Shown: positions 52,157-64,000 of the stretch, in pieces
Layout: every line of letters begins with the position of its first letter
Position numbering within the stretch: the stretch's first letter is position 1
NCBI GenBank assembly: GCA_973895155.1
Contig: OZ316893.1
Location: 11,103,660 to 11,167,659, forward strand
From: Marsupella aquatica
Lineage: Eukaryota > Plantae > Marchantiophyta
Length of the DNA stretch: 64,000 nucleotides
Direction: 5' to 3'
Made by a program: the position numbers and the translations under genes
The notes under the pieces: model-generated
Seen by the model: the letters and a program-made list of their open reading frames with translations, nothing else
What the model was told of the DNA's origin: nothing
Databases searched by the model: none

Positions 52157-54816
52157 CTAGAATTTAGGACTATTCTGATCGATCTTGTCCTGCCACAAGT
52201 CGCACGCTGGACCTAACGTGCTATCATCATTCTCCTTGTTCTTGTCCTCCCACAAGGAACAAGCTGGACCTAATGCTCTATCATCTACATGAACCGTGAT
52301 TGAAGCCACAGGCAGATAATCTTTCACCTTCTTCATAGCTACTGCCCTTTCTGGAGACTCGTGAAAGTTCTTGGGCATCACTACCAGGAATACCAGCATA
52401 GAGACAACTCCACGAGAGACGGGCTTGCAGTGAAACTCTGCTATTGCACTATTGAGTCCAAACCAGTTCAGATGAATATCGTTTGAAGAAGGAGCTAAGC
52501 TTTTAGTACCGGATTTTATCAAGGTGTGGGTATCACGCCCATCTGCTTGTGCCCCAAACACGAATCTCCAAAAGCCATTGCTATTTCTAGATGTGAACGG
52601 ATTGTCGGGATGGTGATGCCCGTTCGGACTTAATGCAAACCTCCACAAATGACCTGTCAACTTCCCAAAAAACCGATCAGCTAAACCCACAAAATGTGAA
52701 ATCTTCAGTTTCATATTTCACTGTCATTTGAAATCCAAATTCGAATTAGTGGACACTTGCAATATTACATCCTACAATTTCATACTAAGATTCAATGCAA
52801 TCAAAGTAATCCTGTGTCTTAAGAGAAAATCAAATGATGTCGAGAGTAACGTACCTAAGTTATCGGGTATTTCTTGCACTCTCTCCATAAATGAATGGAG
52901 AAACCGGTACCAGTGATCATTTTCTGCTAGATCCAGATGAGTGGTCAACTCCAAGGACTTGAGGGTGTGCGGTTCCATGTGTTTTGAGATGGCACATTTG
53001 ACATACTCCGGACTCAACAATCTGCTTAGCGCCAACTTGTATAACATCTGTCAGAAAGATCGGAACATAGTACGCGTTAGAATAATATCTTTTTTACATT
53101 CTAATCTTTTGTTCTAGCCATGAGAAGCTAGTTAGTGTGTACATATGCAGCTTTGATATTAAATGTTGGAGGTAATTAGAAGCTTACTTTTTCCCATATG
53201 GACTTGGATCCGAACTACTACTAACAACTTACACCGGCAATTCCCCCAAAATTTCAAGTGTCTTACTAGTCTTTCAATATATCTATAGATCGATCAATAA
53301 TATGGCCAATTTGAAACACTGGCATGTAGGCCTACTTTCTCCTCTATTTTCTCACGCCTTATTTTCTAATTAGACTATATTTTCCATTGATCATACATTA
53401 TGCAGGAGAGATCCAGTTGGAATAATGGCATTAGAGTGGAAAGTTTTGCAAAAGTATAAGTACTTATTAAACCTTTTGAAGGATCATGGTGTACGTACAA
53501 TCTCATTCTCAGCGAAACTGTCGCCTCCAATTTCTCCGCTCAGATACTTGCAGTTATCTCTAATCCACATCTGTGGAAACAGACTGGAGGAAATCCACAT
53601 GGCCTGGAATTGAGTGGGCACTGAGATTAGAAATGGGTAATTTAATGATAGGAAACTAATAAGAGACTAGATAGTAGGACTTTGCAGTGTTTAGTAGCAC
53701 GGCCGTGTTGAAAACGTACAATCTCGATCGGTTTCTTTTGTCCATTTGTAGTATTTATCTGCTGCATTCTCTTCAAATCGATAATATACTCTGTTGGGTT
53801 TGTCTTCTTTGCCGACCTCACAATCTTGATTGACAGAAGCCCTTTAGTCCAAGCAGACCATATAGCTCTTTGGCAACTTTCATTGTACAAACACCACCCG
53901 TGGATGTCATCCTCCCAGCTAACTGTGTACATCTGCCCCTCCTGAGAGTTATGCAGTACAAGCAGCTTAGTAGGCATCATAGTTGTCAACACTAATATAA
54001 ATGCACATACTGATAAGGTTTCCCAAACGGTTCTTCAGTAAGCACACAAACAGAAGTTAATTAAGAAACTAGAACTAGAAATTAGCTGTAACGATGAAAA
54101 CCCGCTTGAAAGGCTAAGTTATTTTTAGAATGGAGGCACAAGTCTCGCCAGGCTGCACAAAGTAAGGCATAGAAGTCCATACTTTCTTGTCACCCAGGAT
54201 CATGATAACCCTTGAATCACATATGTCATCAAGAGGTTAGGAGAGACAGTGTTCTTACAGTATTTTGGCACACAATTCTAGAAGGAGACTTCTTAATTTC
54301 GATGGAAAAGTCTGCAGTCGAATCGTTTGATGTTGAGAATGTCCGGAACAAGCATCCTGTCATGGACACCTTCACAATCTTGATGTCGCTCCTTATTCCA
54401 GATTCCAAGTGCACCTCCTTCATTTTGATCAAGTCAACTTCATATTCTGGAGCTCCATTTGAGTCAGAGTAAGAAGAAACAGGTCTTTGGGAGCCCATAA
54501 ACTCATGAATTATCGAAAAATTAGAGCTAGAGGGACCTTGCACGTAGATGCACTGGGAATAAGCTGCAGGTGATTCACTGAATTGAATCTCAGGTACTCC
54601 GATTTCCTCTCCCTTCATTATTCTGTTTGCAACTTCTTTGTTGTACATTACCCACTTGTTTTCACTTTTCCGCCACACACTTGGCTGGAATCCCCAATTG
54701 GAATTTTCTGAAGTAGTATCAGTCAGATACGAAATCAGGTCGTTGTCGACATTTTTTGAGGATGTGGCAAGCTTCTTTGGTTGACGGAGATAAATGAATC
54801 CTGGAACTGTGGCCAT
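52157..54816 (-). CDS. Tandem WWE-domain protein with helical middle region and possible MATH/TRAF-like C-terminus (~5 exons)
   Basis: WRKSENKWVMYNKEV...YEVDLIKMKE and VSWEDDIHGWCLYNESCQ...YIIDLKRMQQINTTNG are WWE signatures. In-frame GT-AG joins: ~54816-54260, 53942-53681, 53603-53496, 53047-52855, 52682-52157. GHLWRFALSPNG...WFG resembles MATH strands. Confidence 0.65.
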
Positions 54817-55478
54817 TGGGTCAATCTGCAGGAGAATCTAAGCGAAGTAGGCAGTTACTGGAGACAATTTTTGTTCGAAAATATAATTCTCAACAGGCGA
54901 GTAGCATGCATCTGCATCATCAAACAATCTGCGTCTGCATCAGAAGAAAGTAGGCTTGATTCATGAGTGCTTGAAATTAAACTTGTCTTCACAGGAATCC
55001 CTAAGAACAATCCCGAAAACAGTGGAAAATGTGGCAGTCAAATTAAAGGCCTTGGAGGAGACAGCAAGAATCAGAAACATGGAGAAAAGAATGCTTCGAT
55101 ACAATTTTTCCCAATCTAGAATGGTTCCACATGTAAAATAGATTTGAAAGAGTACCTACTCCTGAGTTGTCATCTTGTGTCTTCTTTCACTTTATGTGGC
55201 TTTATCTTTCTGCTGGAAGCCCACTTAATGATATCCGCTTAGAGAAGTGGAGTAAGACCTATAACTAGAAATCCAGGGGCCTGCCACTTCACTCCAAGTA
55301 ATTTCTTAATAGAGCCCTGTTGGATCCTGACATGTACGTCACTCATGGAAATAGTTGAACATGCGCATAAATTAGGAACTCAAGTCTAATGTAAACCGGC
55401 CCCGAAACTGACAATGAACCTTCGTCAGATTGAATACAACTTCAACACATGCGGAGAAATCATGGATAACGGGAAAAA

Positions 55479-55620
55479 GTGAACCAGCAATGGTGCAAGC
55501 TCTCCTTAAAAGGAATCGAGGCCAAATTACTAAATCTAACAGACCAATAACAGTGAACCAACAATGGTGCAAGCTCTCCTTAAAAGGAATCGAGCCCAAA
55601 TTACTAAATCTAACAGACCA
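55479..55620. repeat. Direct duplication of ~70 bp
   Basis: GTGAACCA.CAATGGTGCAAGCTCTCCTTAAAAGGAATCGAG.CCAAATTACTAAATCTAACAGACCA twice. Confidence 0.85.
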
Positions 55621-57307
55621 GTTACAGTGACAGGTAAGGGGAACATGTTACTGCCAAGGAACTAGTAGGACCACGCGGTAAATTCTGAATGGTAACCTGA
55701 CTACTGAATAATGAAGAGCTTAAAATATCTGAAACTAAAGCCGGGATGCACTACTGTGTTGGACAGAGTGCTCCAGCGGACCATATTTTGGTAATTCATG
55801 GGAGTTTGTGGCCCATAACCGGGCCCATAACTTGATGATTGTGGGTCCCTGCAAGGCAATTTGAGAATGAGAGGAGAAAAGGGCAAGCCTATATATTTCA
55901 TATTAACACAATAAACATTAATGTAATGGAATTTACCCCTCTGCATTTTATGATAAAAATCTGGACGTGCAAAAATTTACTCTCACTTTGATGGAAGTGT
56001 AGCTAACCTCTCTAGCATATGATTCCCAAAACTAAACAATATTTTTAATAATATCAAGCTATTACAGCTAATCTCCAATTTTGGGAAATGTGGTCCATGG
56101 GGGTAAGTTTCAAAGACCAACCTTGTGGTTCATGGGGCTTTCAACCTCTAAATTATTTGCATTGCCTGAGGAAAATTGAATTAAGCAGCTGGCAAAAAAG
56201 GGCATGACCTAGATTCTAAAAGCAAGACTCTAGCATCAAGTACTCTAGCATGGAGTATTGCAGCCACCAGAATTTTTATCAGGTTTTCTTTGGCTGAAAC
56301 TTTGTGTGAAATTACCCCATTATGCCAAGTTCAAGATTCGTAATAGATTACTTTACTGAGTTTCACTTGAATCTTGTGGGACTCTTGCTTGACGGCCTGA
56401 TCAAGGGGACTTGTCTGTTAAACCCCCACTGTCCACCAGGTTCAGGGATAACAAAATAGAGCACTTTTTAAACGTCTTGAGCATATTTTTGGTTTTTAGC
56501 AACCTGGAGTTTTGATTCGGGGATAGTGGTTGTAAGGATGGCCTGATTGTTGAGCATTGTCTAGTGATTCAACTGGCAAGATTTGTTAATTTGGGATGAA
56601 GATGGGAATGTTTGCTTGAGATGACGGGCTTCTACCAAAATGCGTCTTTCAATTAATATCCAACTTACCACTCAGTACTATAGGTAGTAGTATTAGTAAA
56701 AGTCCATCTATGAGGAAGGCATCAATAATATTATGAATTCTGATGGACAAAACTAGTGAACCATACAATTCCATGGACAGTGACACCTTTTACACTGTCA
56801 CTTGCTCACATGCTTAATTAGTACCTACTCTACTAGCTTTCTATTTCTCAAAGTTTGTTTTTATCACCAAATAATTTACACATTAATTTCTCTCTTCATA
56901 TGATTAGAAGAATATTTCGCAGCTGTTAGAAGTGGCTTTGTCTAAGTAGCCTAACATCGCTCATTTTCATTAAAATTTGAGAAGTAACTAATTTCCAAAG
57001 TTAGCACTCTATTGTTTTCTATCACATTGCACTCTTCCGTGAAACAAGTATCATGTTAGCTGAACACGACAAAAAGGTATCGTCTTAGTACAGGGAGGGC
57101 TTTGCTGCCAACTATCCCCTTTCCCAAAGTCTATCTGAGCCATTTGGGAAACATGGAGGCCCATCCCGGCTTCGACTTGGTAAACTCATGAGTGCGTCAA
57201 TCTGATCACATCAGATTAATTCCTCAAAAGGGGCGCTCGCTCCTCTTGAAGGCCAACTTGCTCTGGTCTTAGTGTCGAATGAGTGATTCGTTGTGTGTTT
57301 GAACTCT

Positions 57308-57757
57308 GGCTACTTTAAGTTATGCGTGATCTATAACTCTTCAGCTTAATTGTGCAGGCAAATCGGGTTTTGGAGTTGATCAGGCTACCTAGCCAGGAGG
57401 TCGATGCCCCGTCGAGCCCTCCCATTTCCAACTTGAGAGCGTCACGTTCCATTCATCGGCTACTTTAAGTTATGCGTGATCTATAACTCTTCAGCTTAAT
57501 TTTGCAGGAAAATCGGGCTTTGGAGTTGATCAGGCTACCTAGCCAGGAGGTCGATGCCCCGTTGAGCCGTTCCATTTCCAACTTGAGAGTGTCACGTTCC
57601 ATGCATCGGCTACTTTAAGTTATGCGTGATCTATAACTCTTCAGCTTAATTTTGCAGGCAAATCGGGCTTTGGAGTTGATCAGGCTACCTAGCCAGGAGG
57701 TCGATGCCCCGTCGAGCCCTTCCATTTCCAACCTGAGAGCGGCACGTTCCATTCATC
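57308..57757. repeat. 150-bp tandem repeat, 3 near-identical copies
   Basis: GGCTACTTTAAGTTATGCGTGATCTATAAC... starts at 57308, 57458, 57608. Confidence 0.95.
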
Positions 57758-60700
57758 AAAAGTGTTAGATCACCGAGAACAATCGAGCCATTCTCTCCCC
57801 TTAGTCCAAGCAGCGTGTCTTGTATAATTGTGGCTGTCAGTTGGAACTTCTACGATCGCTGATAACATTAGGATCTGCTGGGTAATCAAAGCTTTTGATG
57901 AGCAGCTGTGGGATGACCATAACTTTTCCGAAGATCGCAGCTCTTGTACCTGGTGACGTTCAATATATCAATGGCGAAACTGACACCAGTCGGAATTGTA
58001 CAAGGTGCATGTACAGGAATCGTATGACCTATATACGTACGGGGTTAGGCCGATTAACTCCAGACCTTGGTGCTTGTGTCATCGATCGATCTTCCGAGTC
58101 ACGAGGACGATTCCATTATGACCCCACTGCACATCAAAAGCTTTGATTACCGAGCATATCTTTATGATATCAGCAATACGAACGGGACGAACTGGCTTTC
58201 GTAGGTAGCGTAGTATCGAACAGAGGCTCGTAGCTTCAGCCGCGTAGCAGGCGTGTCTAGATACCACGTCGGGTAAATTGAGGGTTTAATAATATGTACT
58301 CGGACTGGTTATATATATATATATATTACTGTTCGATTTGCTTGAGCTAGATAGATATTGTATAGTAGTAAGCAGACAACCCAGGCGTAAGCTACGCACA
58401 TATGCACAATCTATTTAGTTCACTGTTCAATACCACTTTGCGTAGTGCTGCGAATGGAATCATATAGCCTCGATTCATTTCAAGCAAGCTACGTCTCTCG
58501 AGCCGCGTTAAGTAACTGCTAGATAATTGTGTTTTGAATGTGGATCGATATTACGGCGCATGTACGTACTTGCAACAGTGCCACAGTAGCAAATAAACTC
58601 ACCTGAATACCTGGAAGCAACTTACAGGAGAGTTGATTCGTTTGGAGAAAAGACTTGTATGATGATGGCCTCTCGCAGGGTGTGCAGATCGTAGAAGTTC
58701 CACTCGGCATGATAGATACACGCTGCTTGCACGAAGGGAAGGGAATGGGCTCCATCGCTCTCGGTGATCTTACAATTCTGTTGAATCGACGATCCTGCCA
58801 GTGAGAGAGCTTGTACCGCAATGCCAGAGGTACGTAGCCGGGCTCGGTTGTCGGAGCGAATGAAAACGAATCTCCTTTTTAATAGGTGAACCTTATGTCA
58901 GTCTCAAGGTTTGCATGCAATAGTGAACTACAAAAACGGGTCGTCCTTGCAAACGCTACAGCTGTTACAGGACAGTCTCCACTGTCGTCTCGGAGAAGTC
59001 GGAACTAGCAAGATGTATGTGCTGCGAGCTTGGGAGGAGGTCAGCTGAGTCTGCAGTGATTGCAGGTCCAGGACTCATCCTTCGTCGCCTCTGAACTCCT
59101 CCTCTGCCCAAGCATGGCTCCGGGTCGTTTATGTATACACCTGCAAATCTCGAGCCTGACATAAACTGACATCAAATGCTCGCTGTTTGAGGGTCATTTC
59201 ACTACAGCTGGAAGAGCTCTTCAGCATCTGTCCTTACTACTTGAACTCGACGGAAAAGCTTATTCGATCATTCGAACGATCTCGTTAATACTGAGAAACC
59301 GAAGAACTTCCCTTATGAGCTCGACCGGAAGGTTGATAAGTTTGTCCGTCGAATCCAAGTAGTAATGACTGATGCTAGCCCCAAGACGGGCAAGAATAAG
59401 TCCCAATGTACGCATTCATGACAATGCAATGATCGATCGGAGTTTCTCTGTCACCATTATTTCCTAACCAGCACAAATATATATGCGCCAAGCATCAAGG
59501 TACGTATCGGATTCAGTGGATGACATACTGGATGCTCATTATAGTAACGAGATCGCACATCGATCCTTTGAAACCGTCTAGCTAGAAATAAAACGCATGG
59601 GATGCAAAAATGTAATCCGAGCATCTTGGATTTGAATAGGGACACGGTACGCTGCCGGCCATAGGACATAATGACAAAACTTCGTAACTAGTTTGGGCGT
59701 GCGTACGGGGTAGTGTCATGGATTGGCATCACGATGGAGGCATTGGTATGTAATATTATGCATTCGTGATACTTGCAGCAGATGTTTAACATCCAAAGAA
59801 GCTCCTTCGGTGGCGGAAAGCACCTTGAATTATGGTGAGCATGCTTACAAACATCGTCTACTAGCTTGCTCTGGACAACGATTCTGCGTGACCTTATATC
59901 AATCGCGCGACAGAACGGGAGTCTCACTTTCACTGACAATTCAGTTGTTGTCTCGCTTGCCCAAATGAGGTAGTACAGCAGCCGACCACTGCCGCAAGTG
60001 AGATCGATTGTGCTTGTGTTGAATTAAGGGAGGAGACGAGGCTCGGACCTATGAGCTAATCAAATCGGATCTGAATTGAGAGATTCAAGGTGAACCAAGA
60101 TTTCTACCTATTTGACTGCATGCAACATGTATATTCATTCGTGATATTAAAATTGTACGTTCTTGACGCGAAAGAAGTGAGCATCATTTTAGATCGATCA
60201 AGAGCCTAGTATAGAATTAAAACTACCTCGATTAGCATATATTGATGCAATACACTGGCAACAGCTAGTTGATTCAATTTTACTACGAACGTCAAAAGGA
60301 TTACACATGATGTCTATATATTATATCCGGCTGGTTCATGGAATGATAATGTAGCGCTCAATGCATTAATTTAGTTGGATGACACTCCATCTCAAGCTCA
60401 TGATTCTACTAACAGCCTCTAAAGTGCACGTTCTTGAGTCAGTGTTGAACAGGCCCAATCGAAGTTCCAGTCAACTGGATGCCATGAATAGCAAGAAAGG
60501 AGGAAAATCTCCTAACCGCATGGTATGAGTACACAATCTTTGGTCCAAGAGCTAGCTATTTCACACTTGCGTTGTTGACCAGTGCGGGGACCAGTGTCTT
60601 CGCGATAAAGCCACAGTTCAAGCCGACGTGTATTATTCGATCCTCGGCCAAGCTAGGGCAGGATGGCTTAAATTTCGGTCAAGCCGCACAGTCGGGCGAG

Positions 60701-62029
60701 CAAGATTGTTTTGCTGACTCGTGATGAGGGTATATATGGATGTAATCGGAAGGATTCATTGGAACCTCTTAACTTTCGATCAATATAACGAACACCATTT
60801 ACAGTACTGGCATTACTCGTCTGTTACTGCGTAACTTGAATGCATTAAATGCCATAGACATTGGGCCGGGGACTACGTGGTCGAGTAGTTTCCTAGCCTG
60901 CACAACGAGCCAGTACTCCTACTATCAGTTGAATCTGTCTGTGACGTGTTGAAAGCAACATTTGGCCTAATCACAATAAAGAAGGAGATCCAACAAACTC
61001 GTTTCCACTGTAGTCTGTGACTTGAGAGAGGCTGAGTTGAAAGCTAGAGAAATTATGAATCATTCAAGCTTGAACATCATGAATTCTTGATTGTCAATTT
61101 ATCTTTCGTTTAGTCGTTGAAGGGCGATACTCAGCAGAGATTGATCTCTCAAGGAAAATCGAGTCCGCTTTAATAATAAACTTGTTGAAGCTCCGATTCA
61201 TCCATAAATAAGCATGTAGTGCTAGGATGTGCACCTTGCAAACACTTCTAACAGTTGCAAGCTTAGATCTGCAACATGCAAACCAAACAACGACATAGGC
61301 GGTAAATTGGCACATTTAGACTAGGGTGCGACCGGGGGTGCGACAGTAAATCGTTAGTACGTTGATCTCGAGTCCGTTGATTCCTTGCGCCGTACGTGGC
61401 TCACTGATTACTTGTAACGCGTAACACTGTGGCCCGGCCAATGATGTCTTTCGAAAGTTTCAAGAGACAGTACGTCGGAGGTCGACCGTAGAACTACCAT
61501 CGTAGCTAGAAATAGATATCCGGTTCCGAAGGATGCACCTTCAGGATACGTTCCTCGTGCTTCACACGCCCTATATAGGTGATGACAACCAATTCTGATA
61601 TGTTCCGTCCTTTCCTACAAGATATGGAATTTACTACGGCTGATCAATTCGATTTCATGCTTCGAAGCCTCATTGTAAAGAACGGGGATCCTTGTCAGGA
61701 CAGCAGGTGCACGGAATCAGGACGCAAGATCGATCACGGAGGCAAGCAGATTGGTCCCATTTCGGGATGTGTATTGGACGACATCCTGCAGGCTAGGGTG
61801 GAGGTCCGCTCCTGTTTGATTTGAGAATTTGTTTGTCTTTGTACTAGACGGTTGTGTGCCAGGCGCCTTGGGCACGGAATTAAGGGAAAAGGTGGTCAAC
61901 TTAACCCTCCAGTATCCCGATTATGAGAATATCTCCGGAGAGGCGTCAAATATTCTCACAAGGCTTTGTATTCGTTACTGTAACTTACATTAATCAAAGC
62001 TCATCTTTCGATGAGGATAAGGAAGACCA

Positions 62030-62180
62030 GCGAGGCCTTATCAAGACAATAGATATTGTTTGTGGAGGCCTCATCATAGACAATAATAGATATTGCTTTC
62101 GTCCTCAGGTTTTATGAAGGCCTCATCATAGACGATAATAGATATTGTTTTCGTACTCAGGTTTTGTGGAGGTCGTATCA
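62030..62180. repeat. Short tandem repeat (~52 bp, 2-3 copies)
   Basis: AGGCCTCATCATAGAC.ATAATAGATATTG.TTTCGT.CTCAGGTTTT repeated. Confidence 0.75.
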
Positions 62181-62765
62181 ACAGCAGGAGTACAAGTGAC
62201 CCTAAAAACTAGTCGTGTTACAAGTTAAGTTTCCTCCGACATTTTCGCCTCCCCTTCCTCTGGACCGAAACGCGTTTTATAGAATCATTCGCTCGAGACC
62301 GGATCCGATGGTTGTGGAAGGTAGCCTACCCCAAAATATGCCGGATTCTTTTCGGATACTTGAGAACGTACACAGAGCGTCCATATATTCCGCCTGTTGT
62401 TTAAGCAATGATGTTGGCAAATTTTACTAGTACAAGATCATTCCTTACTTTACATTGCCAGTGCCCTGCAGATGCGAGATTAGAATTCTGGTATGTTCCG
62501 TCCTTCAAGGTCCACCTGGGTAAGGGACTCGTGCGGAGTTCTTAAGAATAGTGGTGCCGTTCTGCAGCCTTTCGAAGTCCAATGCAATCTACCCTTTCAG
62601 CTGGAGCTAGAAGATAGGCTAGGATCGATCACAACGACAATCACGTACTGGAGCGGCGATATGCCCTCGATCCATCCGTCCCGATTTGGATGAATCACAT
62701 GTCAATTCTCCTTGCCTGGTCCAGCGAGAGGTAGAAGCACTGGTCGCTGGCCGCATTTAGTCAGC

Positions 62766-62910
62766 TGATACTATTGTGGCGAACGACCAGATATGGCCAT
62801 ATCTTCCCGTTCACGATAATAGTGTGAATATCCACGAACATCAGATATTCACACTATTCTGGTGAACGACCACATATGGCCACATCTTCCCGTTCACCAC
62901 AATAGTGTCA
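62766..62910. repeat. Tandem hairpin / foldback element
   Basis: Two 58-bp units, each A(T/C)ACTATT.TGG.GAACG...CGTTCAC.A.AATAGTGT, joined by a GAATATC...GATATTC spacer. Confidence 0.75.
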
Positions 62911-64000
62911 CGAAAGTATCCAGGGCACCAACGGGCCGGGATCGATGAGAGCACCTGCATGGTCGCCTACTGCCGGTATCAATAGATCCATAACTGTCCA
63001 AAAACGGTTATCCTTAGCAACAGTATCATTTCTCGTTCCCCATTTGGCAACGGCACGGGCTCCTCTCCGGCACTTCCAAGGACGGTATAAGGTCCCGCAG
63101 CTGCAACATTCACCAAGTGTGTTCATGGTCCGATGGCCGACTGCACATACTGAAAGCTTACAAAACCACTCAGGTCAGCCCAGTATTCCGCGGTCACCTC
63201 GACATTTTCTTCTTGCAACTCCGTCCCGCTATAATGATTGAATACTCTCGCATACTACCATCGGTTAGTTCCCCGCGCCTACATCCTTATCGCGCATAAT
63301 ATCGTTTTGGATGTATATATTATTCTGATCTAGACATGCAGCTGATTGAACGCCTTAGCGCACTGTGAAGCCCAGATGAGTGCTTTTCAGTCCGGCTTAG
63401 GTTGTCAGATACCTTATGCTCCTATCTAATATCATAATCATGTTGTTTCATATATCATGTATGCGTAGCAGACCTTTCATCGGCATCTTCCGCCTACAAC
63501 AGTCGATCGATGCATTTGGAACGTACCACGTACAAGGAGGGCGGCACGAGTACCGTTAATAGCACAACGCAGCGTACCCACGTCCAATCAGATGGAGCAA
63601 TCAAATGGAAGACAACGAGCATGTACTTCTTGTAGATAGCACTCTGAAAGAAAGCAAATCCAGCAAATCCATCTTTCAGAGTGCTATATACAGGAAACAC
63701 ATGGTCATCGCCTTCTATTAGATATTTCCATCTGACGTACTACGTAAGTGGGTACGTTGCATTCTGCTATACGTCAACGCTGGTCCTGGTACTCGTGCAT
63801 CAACGCTGGTCCTGGTCCTCCTCGTGGTTCAACGCATACACTGTTGTTGGTGGCAGATCTCGATGGAAGGTCCGCTCCGCATAAATGATGAAACAGATGA
63901 TTCATCAGCTTAAGATATAAAGCTTCGAAATCAGATCTTCCACATGCAACAACACTAGTTGAATTCGGAAAAAACATTTCCAAATATCAGTAAATATCGG

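Noticed and set aside
52680-52790. Stop codons suggesting the WWE gene is a pseudogene
   Set aside because: An in-phase intron (donor near 52854, acceptor TTTAG near 52683) removes them
57895-64000. Numerous 60-100 aa ORFs
   Set aside because: No recognisable motifs or consistent exon chain; treated as intergenic, though a small gene near 58965-59162 cannot be excluded

Overview
Eukaryotic nuclear DNA (GT-AG introns, TE-rich), most likely from a land plant with flagellated sperm such as a bryophyte/liverwort (inferred from a plant GH35 beta-galactosidase, a plant MutS2B-like remnant and an axonemal RSPH14-like gene). Host genes: RSPH14-like ARM gene (5134-10770, +), 19-exon beta-galactosidase (38609-51581, +), tandem-WWE gene with a possible MATH-like C-terminus (52157-54816, -), and a MutS2 pseudogene (~11450-13140, -). 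Mobile DNA: a deleted Ty3/gypsy LTR element (840-4606), SINEs, a truncated non-LTR 3' end and several minisatellites. The standout is a 10.7-kb cut-and-paste transposon (15404-26079) with perfect 15-bp TIRs and an 8-bp TSD. It encodes a spliced ~1500-aa P-element-type DDE transposase (one frameshift), plus co-oriented accessory coding regions: a DNA polymerase lambda-type BRCT domain, EDM2-like PHD fingers and a Cys-rich module. A mascRNA-like tRNA mimic lies just 3' of the transposase. At least five ~300-bp MITEs with the same termini occur in the window. All family assignments come from motif recognition by eye; no database searches were run.
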